From Lytechinus pictus (lineage: Eukaryota), in the NCBI RefSeq assembly GCF_037042905.1, contig NW_026974140.1, positions 18,538,001-18,602,000 of the forward strand: DNA of 64,000 nt, read 5' to 3'. Shown piece by piece: positions 13,301 through 38,426 of this stretch; position 1 is the stretch's first letter, and each line of letters begins with the position of its first letter. The notes under the pieces were generated by a model. The model had not been told where the DNA came from. It worked only from the letters and a program-made list of their open reading frames with translations, and did not search any database. The translations under genes were made by a program, and so were the position numbers.

Positions 13301-14493
13301 ATAAAATATTGACTAGTCAGATTTTTTTATAAAAATGGATAAGAACTGTTCTTTCCAAGATAAATGCTATATTACAAAACTACAACTTCTTTGTTGATAT
13401 CTAGATCAAGGGCACATCAAATTTGGTTCATACAATACTTTTGGCTTGAGTAAAACAAGCCACGGAATGGATGTTTTAAAAAATGTTACACATCATTCAT
13501 CAAGGTTATTGGAGCTTTTCAGTTCATCTGGGTGCATTTAATGTCAGCACTGACTAAATTATCAGCTCTGAGACTTCAAGTGAATTTGTTAGTTTTGATT
13601 GGCTGAGAAGAACTAGTGTCCAACTGTAACTTTAAGACAATGACAACTTCTCAGCACTGACAAACTTCATGAAATGGTGCCCATGTGTCAGTTTCTTGAT
13701 GAAATATTTACTTAATGAAATAATTGACGACTTACTTTGATACCTGTGGTGCAAAAATTACACCAACACTGTCCCCCTTGTCCAACGAGCTGAGATCAGG
13801 AAACATATAGACACCATCGGCAGCCTTGAGAGAAGGTGACTGACCAGGCAGGAGAGGATACAGCCACTCCCCTATCTGCAGGAATGCTGGAGGTTGGTCC
13901 TGCCCTAGTGCTTGATCATCAGGGAACTTGAACATCTTAAGAGGTCCTGGAGTACTAGGTGCACTCACCTGACCGCTGGAGTTGATAAAGAAGAGTTGGA
14001 CACCATGTTTGATGTGAAGCACCTCTCTGGCATCTGCTGTTGATTGGGCATACGAGGGTAGACTTCCATAAGAACTGTTGTCTTCATAAAGGCTAAGGAT
14101 GTCTGTATCTACTTCATCTTGGTCAGTCCCACATGCCCCACCCATTGAAACTGATTTCTGCTCCTGTTCAAGACATTCCAGTCTGGCCTTCATCTGTATG
14201 GCTGTTTTCTTCATCTTCTGTTGCATGTTTCTAGCATGGTCCCACTGTGATCCTACACAATGCCTCCCTTTGCAATCAATCTTCATTGCCTGAGCAATGC
14301 TTTTCAGTCCTGTGGTATAGAATCGAATGGCTTCTTCTCTTTTGGATTGTTCATCTAGTCTTAAGGCCATTTGAATATCAGCATAAGCCTTGTCATGGCA
14401 TTTCTTTAACGTCTTCAGGGATTCTTTTGAATCTTCATGATCCCTATCAGCATCTTGTAAAGATGAATATGTCACTCTACTTGCCTCTGCCAT
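10364..14493 (-). CDS. SPART: Spartin (SPG20): N-terminal MIT domain and C-terminal senescence domain, 542 aa
   Basis: Exons (minus): 14493-13736, 13224-12995, 12680-12502, 11937-11760, 11485-11395, 10556-10364; all GT-AG, phases compatible, total 1629 nt. Motifs: MIT (KKCHDKAYADIQMALRLDE...WDHARNMQQKMKKT), GVQLFFINSSGQVSAPS, PPAFLQIGEWLYPL, GAEWISWGVVKGAE, HKYGEDAG...NLGVKAIAKRTAKDTG. Confidence 0.96.
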
Positions 14494-15526
14494 TTTGTCT
14501 ACCTTGTTATTCTTGTAACCTGTAGGCCAGGAAAAATGAAAATTACATTCATGTTACATTTCGATTTGTTGTCTTGCAAATCTAGAGTGCACTACTGCAG
14601 TCTACAATGAGTGCTGATTTTGCAACATAAATCTATGCAAGAAAAGGCTTTGGTGAGTTAGTAGGCTACTACATATGTAAGTATCAGTGTGAAATGATGA
14701 TGATGACGCTTTATCACTTACCATCCACAAGTACCAGCATTTGAAATAAAGGAAAAAAATAATATGACTGAACTATGCATTGAAAATGCCTTGGGTTTTC
14801 AAGACTAAGGCCCAAACAAAGCTCTTAGGCACCTTTAGGCCAAGGCCAAGCATCAAGGCACTACATCACTGGTAGTGAAAGAGAAATAGACATTTCATCC
14901 AGCCCAAATCATAGCTAACCCAATTATCAAGAAACAAATGTAAATCAAATTTTCACCAGATTTTAATCAGAAAAATCAAGAGTTTATCATCTTACTATAC
15001 CAGGTATATTGGATGTCAGGAAAATTTACTTAGACTCATAAACACATAATTTGGTTATTGACTGAAGCAAGGCCTAAAAAATTATTATAATATACAATTC
15101 ATGATATTTATCGGCCGATGCAAGTATTTGACGATTCATGAAATTTATCGGTATTTTAAAAAATCTAAGTTGGCACTGCTCATGATTTTGCCGCCCTCTA
15201 TAGACGCGTCGTGTCGCTAGGATGCAATCACAAAAAAGACAAGATGCCGACAATAACATCTGTAAGTAAAACGCTCTTCTACTTTTAATATTTTAACGTT
15301 TTTAAGATTTATTGTAACATAAAATTAAAAACAAAGTGTAGGCTAACCTATTAATTTTATTGTAGCCCATTTAGCTTAAGTTAGGGCTCAAAAGGCTACA
15401 GAAAACGAGTATTGGAGCAACATTGTTGTCTCAAAAAACTCGGTTTGTGTGGGCCAATGCTATCACGTCCCAGGCTCCATGGAGAGTAAGCCTACGTCAG
15501 TAAAATGACTTTTACTCTCCAGAAGC

Positions 15527-16975
15527 CCCGGGGGGGGGGGGGGGGACTCAGTATATAATGCATATAGTGGGTATTTGCTGCGGAGGGGACCCCCATTTTT
15601 ACACTCAAATTTCTGTTCCAAGGCATAGCATTTTTGTCTTATTGAGAAAAAGAACAAAGAAAGCCGCTCCAAAGCATAGCATTTTCTTCTTATCGAGAAA
15701 AAAGAAGAAAAAAATCCGCTCCAAAGCTTCGCATATTTTCTGTTACGCCGTTCCGGCCGCATTGATCTGCTACAATGATCCGCAATTTTTGTGAAAAGCG
15801 GCCGCAGAGCGCTGTCCGACCATCGCCTCTGCGCTAGCGCACCCGGCGCCCGTGCCGCCGGGCTAGCTGCATGCACGTTCCATAGGGATGCACACGCACT
15901 CACATGCAGGCGACCCGTTCCAAGGACCCCCGTTTTCACAAACATTTGTAGTTCTGAAGCCCGTTCCGAGGACCCTACTTTTTACAAAAAGCCCGCTCCA
16001 AGGCCCCCGTTTTTTTGTCTCGCCAGCGGCACTTTCCTACTAATTTTTTGGTCGAGTATGGCAGTGTATCCTATTGCCGGACACCTTTATTTCAGTGCTT
16101 TAAAAATGACAACTAGAGGAAATACAATCAAGAAAAATTCACACTTGTTATTCCAAATATTATGAAAATTATGAATATGATAAAATTATTTTATATTTAC
16201 CAACCATTTTCTTTGCATCGCACTTGCCGCATACCCCTCCACAAAAAACAATTATTTTTGTGCGCGACAAATTACATCATGATTCCGGACGCGCGCCGGA
16301 CAGGTAAAGATATCCTTGATTATAATGATGTAAGAACAAATTTGTGTGATTTTTTTCTTCTTATATCATATCATGAGTAAATTCTAAGTTTTTATTTGCT
16401 TTTATTATATCGAATCTGAGCAGATGTTAGTAATAATTTCGTGTTTGATACCTTATTTTATTTTTTTTTGTTAGCTGCATGTTCCATGGCACTTTCCAAT
16501 AACAATATGCTCGCGTTCGTATCGTGACGCTCATCAAGTCTTATCGATGCGCTGCCGATCCACGGCTCTACTCACGGTAAACCTCGCGCATGGGTACCTT
16601 GAGAACTAGCCGTCGACGATTACCCACAATACACCACACCTCATCATTCGATCTAAGGAGTGGACGAGATTGAAATTCGGCAAATCAGGCCCATATTTCC
16701 GTTAGAAAATATATCAATTGTTAATGCAAAAATTTCGCAAAACTATGATATTTTAAGCACTTTCTGTCATTTTAGAGATAAATAAGGTAAACTAAAAGTT
16801 GGATTTTTTCGCCTTGTTTTTGCAATCTTCATGATCTTGTTCTATGTATTGCTCTGTGAAATTGAATTGCGGAAGTACAAAATTGTTTTCGAACGCAGTA
16901 ATATGCGCGTCCGGAATCATAATAGTGTCCGGTAATACAATACGCGACTATACCCCCCCCCCCCCCCCCCCCCCG
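15527..16975. mobile_element. CCCGGGGGG-terminated non-autonomous DNA element, interrupted near its right end by a second element
   Basis: Poly-G start at 15527, poly-C end at 16953-16975; 8-bp flanks CCAGAAGC (15519-15526) and CCAGTAGC (16976-16983), 7/8 identical. Confidence 0.75.
16057..16952 (+). mobile_element. ~0.9-kb TA-flanked non-autonomous DNA transposon, copy 1
   Basis: Imperfect terminal inverted repeats TATGGCAGTGTATCCTATTGCCGGACAC / GTGTCCGGTAATACAATACGCGACTATA; highly similar full-length copy at 36048-36947. Confidence 0.9.
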
Positions 16976-16991
16976 CCAGTAGCCTCCAGGC

Positions 16992-17440
16992 TAGACAGCT
17001 GGCAGCCGTCTGTTTCGAGAAGTTTTTTAACTTTTTTTTTTTTTTTTTAATTTCTCCTCGTACACAGACGGCTCGCTAGCGTGCAGCCACCATTAGGGGA
17101 CTTGCAATGCAAAATCCCCCCGTCGGGGCTCTTCAATTTTTGTCTTTAATGAATAAAAATTTTGAAAATTAACGCGACCAAAATGCAAATTAATATTCCC
17201 TCTTGGCATTAATTGCCAAAAAACTGAGAAAAATCAAGTTAAAAGGAACAAAAACAGTGACTTACCTCGGCTGTCGCGCAAATTCACTTCCCCGTTTTAT
17301 CCGATCTTAAGTACATAAACATATGGCCATTGAGTCCCCTGTACAGATCGCCCTAGAACTTCGGTCTCTGTATTTGGTGAGTGAAGCCAACGGAGTTCAG
17401 CTGAACAACCAACATAACAGAGACCGAAGCTTTTGGTCTA
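16992..17440 (+). mobile_element. ~450-bp TAGAC...GTCTA element with 9-bp target duplication (AcademH-like), copy 1
   Basis: Target duplication CCTCCAGGC at 16983-16991 and 17441-17449; near-identical inverted copy at 51567-52009. Confidence 0.88.
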
Positions 17441-17448
17441 CCTCCAGG

Positions 17449-18004
17449 CCCGGGGGGGCCACTTACATTGACGAGTGGATACCATGCGCGACCAAAAAAA
17501 CACGTAAAAAGGATGTCTTTTTCACGATAGGGCACGTTACGTACGTAACGTGATAAGGGTGTCAAAAACACAAAAATAATGAAAAAAGGGTATCTATTTC
17601 GCTAGGAAAATTACTTGTTTAGGGTCGAATTTGCGGGGATGATAAAACAAAATTAAAATGTTTAATAAAGGATGTCCTTTTTGCCCCAACACTTCGTGTT
17701 TAGAGTCCGATTTGCGCGAGGTGTAGAAGGTGGGGTCGTACTAAACCAAATAAGGTAAGACGAAGACCGAAGGACCCGTAACAATAAAACATTCCTGTAC
17801 TTGTTTAGGGGTTCATTTCAGGAAATATTTGCCAAGAGTATCGTTTTATTTCCAATACTTGTTAAGGGTAGGGTTTAGACGCCCATAGTATATACTTGTT
17901 AAGGGGTGCATTTTCAGAATATGGAAATTACGTGTTTAGGGTGCTTTTCGAGACCACATGGTCGCGCATGGTATCCACTCGTGAATGGAAGTGGCCCCCC
18001 CGGG
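17449..18004 (+). mobile_element. CCCGGGGGGGCCACTT...AAGTGGCCCCCCCGGG MITE with 8-bp target duplication
   Basis: ~40-bp terminal inverted repeats including GAGTGGATACCATGCGCGACCA; target duplication CCTCCAGG at 17441-17448 and 18005-18012. Confidence 0.9.
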
Positions 18005-18218
18005 CCTCCAGGCTAGCTGCGACTCAAAGTCAAACCATACAAAAAGATACAGTAACTAACATAATAACGAACATATGGGACCATATACGTTCTTCCAGAG
18101 CTCCAGAAATATGACAAACTAAAACTTCCGACAATAAAAAAGAATTCTTGTATTCCAAGTATCATACATCGTAGTATGAAAGTAATACAATTTGTCCATT
18201 AAGTTACAAATTACTTAC

Positions 18219-18320
18219 ACCTTTTGAAGCCAGTGAAAATGGAGGTTCTAAATGACGGTCTTCTTGTCTCACAACTTTCCTTTCGATGATCGAATGATGA
18301 TGAATCAAAATAAACACGAC
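18219..18320 (-). other. SPART: Candidate non-coding first exon of SPART
   Basis: Minus-strand donor GGT|GTAAGT at 18218; the ATG-containing exon has its own acceptor at 14520, so an upstream exon is required; CGACGTCAT motif at ~18318. Confidence 0.45.
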
Positions 18321-18423
18321 GTCATATCATGCTTGCCACTATCTCTGCACGTGGGTTCAGACGGGTGGGGGTGGAGTGGGCTCTTTATAAACTCTCCCCA
18401 AGCAGCCCCTTTGGACATCTAAA

Positions 18424-18833
18424 GGCGACCGCACACCTTACGATTGGTCTGCGACCCGATTTCAGAATAAATGTAGTAGAATTTGATGCTAATACTGAGA
18501 CTTGGAATATCTTACTTTCTAATGTTCTAAATCATCGTACAAATACCTTTGTTCAATCTGTGACTATGCTATCATCCTTCTTAAAATAAAAGCGAATTTA
18601 ATATCTAGTCGTAATGACGTCATCGCAGTCGTACGATTGGCTACGATTTCAAACTAATTTGGCCTTTACTCCAAAATAAAGGCTTGCAATCTTTCAAAAT
18701 GGTTATATTAGCATTCTTTCAATTAATTTTAACCTTAAATAAAATGATATGTTCCATTCACATTTTCAGAAAATGAGCAAAATGCGATTTGTTCCAAAAT
18801 CGGATCGCGAACAGTCGTAAGGTGTGCGGTGGC
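18424..18833. mobile_element. Harbinger-like MITE
   Basis: Inverted ends GGCGACCGCACACCTTACGA / TCGTAAGGTGTGCGGTGGCC. Confidence 0.75.
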
Positions 18834-18890
18834 CTACACACACTCAGTATACTTCTTTCTCTATTTCCTTCTACCCACCCCCCCCCCTCC

Positions 18891-19493
18891 TTAAAGGGGA
18901 ATCCAGCCTTGGCCATAAAATGTTGTGTTGGGAAGAAGAAAAATAAATTTAACAGAATGGTGAAAGTTTGAAAGAAATCGGACAAGCAATAAGAAAGTTA
19001 TAGCTGCTTTAAAATTGAGATCACTAATACTATGTAGATTTCAAATTGGCAACTGAGTAAGTAAATTATGACAAGGGGCAAGGACAACTTTCCCATAGGC
19101 CATGTACTTTATTATCAGGGATTTGTGGTTTTCTCCTAAGTACCCATTTCCCTGGGGCAGTAATCTAACTACAACCCAGATAGTATATTGTTTTATGTCC
19201 TCATGAAAGAAAAATATAATTTGAAATAAAACTTTTGGAAAAAATGACATTTTAGCCATAATGTGTATTGGAGTACATGGAAGAGTAGTCCTTGCCTTAC
19301 ATCACTATGACATCCCATATGCGGCCAATTTGAAGTCTCCATGGGTATAGTGATTACCAATATTTACAATTTTTAAAAATTCACAACTTTCTTGTTGTTT
19401 GTCCAATATTGTTAAAACGTTCACCTATCAACTTATCTGATTTTTCTTTTCCTTATAAAAACAAGTTTTTGTTTGGGTTGGATTCCCCTTTAA
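18891..19493. mobile_element. Kolobok-type non-autonomous element (TTAA target, AGG...CCT ends)
   Basis: TTAA-AGGGGAATCCAGCC ... GGTTGGATTCCCCT-TTAA. Confidence 0.82.
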
Positions 19494-19744
19494 TAAGTCA
19501 GATTGTTTGACTCCTATTATGCATGCCAAGTCCTCTTAAAAAAAAAAAAAAAAAAAAAATCGTTAGGCCTATACCTCCTATACCTACATCTGTGTTCTCT
19601 CTTTTTTGCCAATGTGTTGTGTTTTTTTCATTCATCTCCCCCTCTCACATTCTTGACTTTACAATTATATGACGTACTAGGCCCCTCCCACAACAACGTC
19701 AAAACCTGCAGTCAGGCAATTTTCTAATTGGTACAAGCTGGATC

Positions 19745-19896
19745 TGGAGCCCCATTTCATAGAGTTAACTTTGTTGCCATCCCGGGTCGCCATTATGGCA
19801 ACAGGGCTCAGCAGCCAATCAAAATCAAGGTTACCATGGTAGTTGCCATTATGGCAAAGTTACAACGGTTGTAAGTCCTTTATGAAACAGGCCCCT
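19745..19896. mobile_element. Harbinger-like MITE
   Basis: ctgGAGCCCCATTTCATA ... TATGAAACAGGCCCctg; internal CAGCCAATCAAAATCAAGG shared with 9712-9864. Confidence 0.65.
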
Positions 19897-22800
19897 GTTC
19901 AAAACTAAAGAAAAATAATACTTGTGTAAATGATTTCATAATCATAAAAAAATATAGCTAAGCTTAGCGAAGCTGGAGAATAATTTTGACAAATACTCGA
20001 CATATGTAGGGGCTCCTGGCCTTTAGACTGGTTTCTTGAAAAATTTCATCAGTGTGAGATTGGAAACATTCCACAGAAAATTTTGTTGATTATGTAACAA
20101 CTTGTTTATGGGTCTCTCCTCCTCCTGCCTTCCAAAATATTCAAGTTTCATCTCTCATATAAGTTCTCTCACTATCATCGTCATTTCCATTCTTCTATAT
20201 CTTCATGGGTCCCGTTTCATAAAGAGAATATATAACAAATGCTCATCTTTTATAAAGAATACACTATCAGCCAATCAGATTGAAGGATTTCAGTAGCTTT
20301 TAACTGTTAATGTAAGTTTACTTTACCACAAACACATTAAAGAAAATTATGAGACATTATGAAATATTGTTTTTGCGGTTTATTCATGTCACTATTAAAA
20401 GCAACAGATGCACATAAACACAAGTCCATATTACATTCATATTTTGTACTTTATATATCTATTTCATATTTTTGACAACAAAGATTTAAAAATTAAAATG
20501 GAGATAATAGATAAGACATGATTTGATTAAGATTCCATACAAAAATACTCATGATTTTGATGTAAAATGTCATCATAATTCGCTCACCAAAGATGAAAAG
20601 AGAGAAAGTTTTACCATGTTTGCCAGGATAGATCAAGGTTTAATAAGAAAAACTAGAGATTAAAAAAAAATAATGCTTCTTGAAAAAAAAAGAACCAACA
20701 AACCCTTGAAAGTAGTTTACCATACATGTGTACATATATTATCTTAACATTAGTCTGGGAAAAACAAACAATAAGTATCAATTTTATGAAGAAAACTGTG
20801 ATATTGTAACAAAGGTACAAAACCTACCATAAGTGATTATTATTACTTAGGTTTAATCATCATTCAGATTGCTATAGTATGTATCTTCACATTCACTCAA
20901 ACTGGTATTAATGTATTTCATTATAGTATCATTAATACTGTTTTAAAGTTTACGATCATGTAGTACATAAATACTTTTATTTAGAATGATTGATAGTGTG
21001 GAATGACCTATATTAAAAAAGAACATTGGTATGATGACCATAACACATCAATGGATATCCCCTTTTCATTTTTAAATGTATACCAAATTTTAGTTTTCAA
21101 AGATGGAATATCTAATTTACATACATTTCATGCTGAAATCAAAAGTAATAAAAAATGTCACCAATGACGAATAATACAGGAAAAGTGAACAGAATTTTCT
21201 ATACAAAGAGTGAACAGCATTATGCTTCATCGTAAAACAACAAAAGATTGACGTGGAACATACATGTACTTTTTGCATAGCATAGCATTTTAAAAGGAAT
21301 ACCAATAAAAGATCATGTATTATTACCCTGGTATTATACTCAACATGTATTTGGACATACATAACAAGAGATCTATTATCAAATTTTCAGGAATATCATC
21401 CCCCGTGATCAAAGCTGGTATTGACTTATCTTATTCCTTTACCATCTCCACTCCCTGGGGAGCATTTTGCAACATTTATTCTTAAATAGGGACCACGAGA
21501 TCTAATTTCAAAGCCATTAAATACCAAGCGATTCAATTCCCTGGGGAACATTTTGACCATTTTATCCTGAAAGGATCTCCACACTGAGCAAATCCAATAT
21601 TATCCTCGAGAAAATAAATTATGGAGAAACAAGATTATAAAGACCACTCTGGGACAAAAGAAGACTTGTATTTATGTCAGATGGTATTTATGGGCAAAAG
21701 TATGGTTGCAAGAGAAACCATGTTAAAGAGAACTGTAAATGGTGACAATGTGACCATTAAATAAAGGTGACAGGTCGTCATTGGATGTAAAGAATATTTG
21801 ATTGTATGTAATTATAGGCATCTTACCCTGACATAAAGAAAATAATCTTACTAGATATCTATTCATGTTGTTGTACCCATAATGTACATCTATTTAGTTT
21901 AATCTTTCTCTGTTTGGAAAAGTATGAGAACAATGTGTATATATCATCTTATATCACAAAAGAGTATAAAGCATTACTTTTTTATCAATGCATAAGAAAT
22001 ATATTGGTAAAAATAAAACCACAAACAATTTGGTGTACATGTTAATGTTCCACCTTCAAAGATGACAAACCTATTTTTCTATGATTTCCGAAAGATTTCT
22101 CTTAAATGAAAAAAAAAATTAATAACATCTATTCTTAAAATTTAGCCAATGTTCTATGAATAATACATGATCTATAAAAATGACATGATTTAATGCACTA
22201 CTATTCCACAGTATAGCTGGTTAGATCTCAGAACAATTAAACAGTACCACTACTGTGTTAACTTTGATATCAGTACTTTCATACAATTATTCATTCAATT
22301 AAAAGAAAGGTGTCCACCCACCTCATGATAGGAAAAAAGGCCCATCATTTATAAGAATCATCAGAAACTAAAGGAAGCTATAGTTTTCTGGGATAAGTTG
22401 TAGATTCTCAGAGCGATATTTAAGATTACATTACATATTACATTATCTGGCCATCTAGCCAAGAAAATTATTGCTATGTAATCAAATATCTTCTTATAAA
22501 AAAGAAAGGAAATCTCAATATTCTGGGCAAGTGAGTTGGATTTTAGAGTAACAAGGTTGATTCTCATTTTGCTCATCATGATCAACAACAAAACATTTCA
22601 CCATCTTTATTTGAAAGGAAAAATAACCTATCAGATTGTGAGACAACGAAACAGTTTTTAAAGTTGCATTGCAGAGATGACTCTGCAACTGTATTTTGAT
22701 GTTTTATATTCTTGAATCTTATCTTGATATATAAAGACCAGAAGAATAAGTCTCTCTGTTCGAGTTTTGTCGCATAGAATCTACCACTTTCATTAACAAG

Positions 22801-23491
22801 CTGATCTAAAATGAAATATTTTGTGTTTTTCATTCCTCATTTGAATATTTAATACTCTTAAGAAAGCTGTGTAGCTCTATCAACTCACATCAGGAAGAAA
22901 TGAGGGGGGAAGATACAATAGCTGAAACAAATATTCATAAAAATAATCCAACATAATTAAAATACTATTTGCGGTCTGAAACCAATTACCATGGAAGAAA
23001 TATTTCAATTGAATTTCATCATTCAATTTTTTTTTTCTTTCCCTGAAGTGTCAAAAAAGCGAATCAGTGCTAAAAACCTGGATATTGAGTTGAATGCAAC
23101 CCTCGTCCATGTTCATCTGATAACATACAGTAATTAAGTGTGTTTATGTATTATTTTTGCATGTATACATGTATACTGTTGTCAGTTAGAGTCTTCATGT
23201 TTTATCTCATAGAGGTAGAGATATGAGGGGATACACAACTTCAAGTAAAATTTTACAATGAAACTGTACACTGTGACTTTTATCACATTATGGTTAGGAA
23301 GCAAAGTATAAGAACAATAGACATCTCATATGACAAAGGAAACAGGTGACATTTCATAGAAACGTACAACTGTTGTAACTTTGACATTATTTAACTACCA
23401 TGGTAACAAGGCTCAGCAGCCAATGACAATCAAGGTTATAATGCAAAGTTACAATACTTGCAAGTGTAATGGTAGAGGAAAAGAATAAAAC

Positions 23492-24088
23492 TTAAAGGTC
23501 AAGTCCACCCCAGAAAAATGTTGATTTGAATCAATACAGAAAAATCAAACAAGAATAACATTGAAAATTTCATCAAAATCGGATGTAAAATAAGAAAGTT
23601 ATGACATTTTAAAGTTTCGCTTATTTTTCACAAAACAGTTATATGCACAACTCGGCAACACATAAATGAGAGAGTCGGTGATGTCCTCCACTCACTATTT
23701 CTTTTGTTTGAATTATACAATATTTCAATTTTTACAGATTTCACAATAAGGACCAGTTTTACTGAACCATAAAGTGTTAGAACAATTGTAACTCCCCATG
23801 TTCATGGAGGAAGAAAACTTATTTCACCTTCCAATGAGGAGAAAATTAAGATATTTCATATTTCATATAATAGAATACTAAATAAATAGTGAGTGACATC
23901 ATCAGTCCCCTCATTTGCATACCGTTCAGGATGTGCATATAACTCTTTTGTGAAATTTAGCAAAACTTTAAAATGTCATAACTTTCCTATTTTACATCCG
24001 ATTTTGATGAAATCTTCAGTGTTATTCTCGTTGGATTTTTCTCTATTTGTTCAAATCAACTTTTTGTTGAAGTAGACTTGTCTTTTAA
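23492..24088. mobile_element. Kolobok-type non-autonomous element
   Basis: TTAA-AGGTCAAGTCCAC ... GTAGACTTGTCT-TTAA; long inverted arms (TCATCAAAATCGGATGTAAAATA / TATTTTACATCCGATTTTGATGA). Confidence 0.82.
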
Positions 24089-25707
24089 TAAATTTGATTT
24101 GAATCTGGGTTTTTTTTTAATGTAAAGGAGTAAAAAATGCCAACTCTGGCTGTTTACGTCATATTCTATCCAAGTGATTTGAGGTCAGACATCAATAGGA
24201 TGAAACTGTTATAAGCTTCTGAAAAGGTGAGATTTGATTGGCTGTCAATAAATTTGCCGTAGAATTCTCACCATTTTTTATTAATGAAATGGAGGCCAGA
24301 TATTTGACATCAACTATTGAACTGAAAAGATATTTCAGAGCATACTATTTTTAGTGTACAAGTAGAAGGAAGAATTTTTTTTTTTATTTGGGTAAAGGTC
24401 CAAATATGATTATGAAGTTTAGGTAAATTGGTCCCTTGATTATTTTTTCCAGAGAGAATAGTATATATCACACACGCTCGGGACGGAAATAATATCACAT
24501 TTATCAACCAATTTCATGCATTTTTTGTGAAGTTGAAAAAAAAAAAAGTATCACATTCTCCCAAACCAATGCAATCTAATCACAAAGATATTTGATATAG
24601 CATCCTTTCTTTGCTGTAACAAAACGTTTCATACACCAATCAAAGAATAATTCTATCAAACAAGTAATAAAATTAGACCTCCACTGATTTCAGGCAAATA
24701 TGCAAGGGGACAGTCTAATATCTGTCAGTGATAAAATACATTTGAAAGGGATTTCCATCAATCTATAATATTTTGATGTAATGTACACATACTTTTGCTG
24801 GTAAAAATATGACTTTCAATTATAGTATCAATGAAATGTGATTATATTTTGCACAATAGAAATACAAATATATCTACGTTAATGAATATTTTATACAAAT
24901 GTATTTCATTCACACACCTTGCATGTTGTTGGGATGTATTCGATATAAAAGGATATCATATGGTGTAGAGGAAAATATAATTTAGTAATTTACTATTCAC
25001 TGGTATATATGTATACTATCCACTTTCATCAAAACACTAGTAGAGCATGGTTCACTTTGTGATGCACACTCACAATCTTTCTGGGGTCTGTTACACAAAA
25101 CACATTAACTGACAGTACGATTGACTTATATGCTTGATTACATGTAAATAGTCAATGTAATCAAGTGAAAAATCATTCCTATGATCAATCACCAAGCTTT
25201 GTGTTCCAGGGCCCCGATATCATCAATCTCATCATCCAAATTCAATTTTGAATATGAGCAAACATATACACATTAAAACATACCTTCTTCAGGTAATAAT
25301 AAAGATACAATGACTGCAAAATTAAGGATCAATCACATGATACGCTTTTAGTTTATATCATGAACTATTTCAATAGTATGCATGTTATTAGATAGCAAGC
25401 ATACTGTATCACAAGGACTATTGTGCATCAGACAAATAAATGTACTAGAATCATGAAATCAAATTACACTATGGCAGCAACAATTTGTTTTTCTAAAAAA
25501 AGGACAGACAAACAACCAAATGAAACATATTTGGCAAATAATACTGACATATTTACACATGTGGATTTCATATGATCTATGTACCTGTATTTCATATATA
25601 CATATTAATTACTGTACATAATTTCATAGTGATATCTTTAGTGTCAGCAACTTTCAAGGGCAATTAAATAAAGATTACTTTCAAATCAGTTCCTTCTCTC
25701 CATCGCG

Positions 25708-37402
<11,695 letters not shown>

Positions 37403-37473
37403 GCTGAACCTGCAACAGTGGTGATATCGAGCTGCGTTGTGCGACTAATACGTTTATTACGTACTGCACATTG

Positions 37474-37481
37474 TGACGTCA
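37474..37481. promoter_or_regulatory. CRE palindrome TGACGTCA in the CpG-rich CHIC promoter region
   Basis: Perfect TGACGTCA 72 bp upstream of the CHIC ATG, in a local CpG-rich patch. Function inferred only. Confidence 0.4.
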
Positions 37482-38157
37482 GCAAAAGTTTTCTGAAAAA
37501 AGTTCATTTACCCTTATTGTCGGTGCGCGCGCTACACGCGCTTTGTTTGTAAACAATCCTAAGAATATTCCCACGTTATTATTATTCCATTCCATCGTCA
37601 CCCTTCTTTCGTTTTTCTACGATTTGTCATGTTTTAGTTCCATCATAATTATGATTTTTTAAATAAAAACTTTGCTGTCATTCTCATTATTTCTTTTACA
37701 TTTATGTATTTTCTTTATTTTCTTCTTTTTCCTACTTGAAATTATTAAAAAATTCAAATAGTTCAGTTTTGGGTACTATTATATCATTTACTCGAATAGG
37801 ACTCAATCAGAAATTATTTATGCTGTTGACATATGTATGCAGATAACAACTCATATTTTTGTGTAGTGTTTTTAAAACAGATTTAGTTAAAATAATAGGT
37901 CAAGTATTTGACTAGCTTCTATTTACTACATGGTTTATAACCCTTTTAAGCAAATTTTCATGGGGCATCTTGGGGCCTGTTTTATAACTTTTGTTTCAAC
38001 CCTAGATAATTTGAGTTATAAGTTAATTGGGGGAAATGAATGCAATAATATGATAAACTGTTTGCCCCTTTTTGCATGGTAAAGAGGTAATCAATTGGGG
38101 TCATTTTAGTGTAATCAGGGAAAATGTCTCTAGATTAAAAAAAAAATCGCCTGGATA

Positions 38158-38426
38158 TAATAATACGCAATATCTATATAGCACTTAATACAAATGTTTC
38201 TAAGCGCTGCATACTATTACCCTGGCTTTGCATGGCTACCCTGGTCGGACGCTCAAGCATTCAAGGAATTCCTTTCTACCGGGTACCCATATATTACACC
38301 TGGGTGAAGAGTGGCAAATGTAGATTAACGCCTTGCCAAAGGATGCGAGTGCTGCTGTGGAATTTGAATCCTGGACCTTGAGGTTCAGAGTCCGGAGACT
38401 TATCCACTGAGCCAAAACACCTCTAC
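38158..38426 (-). mobile_element. tRNA-derived SINE (degenerate)
   Basis: Minus: A-box TGGCTCAGTGG, B-box-like GATTCAAATTCC, AAGCGC...TATATA...ATTATTA tail; homologous to 59620-59917. Confidence 0.8.

Noticed and set aside
15463-16380. GC-rich ORFs of 72-160 aa
   Set aside because: All lie within non-autonomous transposons; no recognisable domain; the 72-aa ORF recurs at 36153 only because the element is duplicated.
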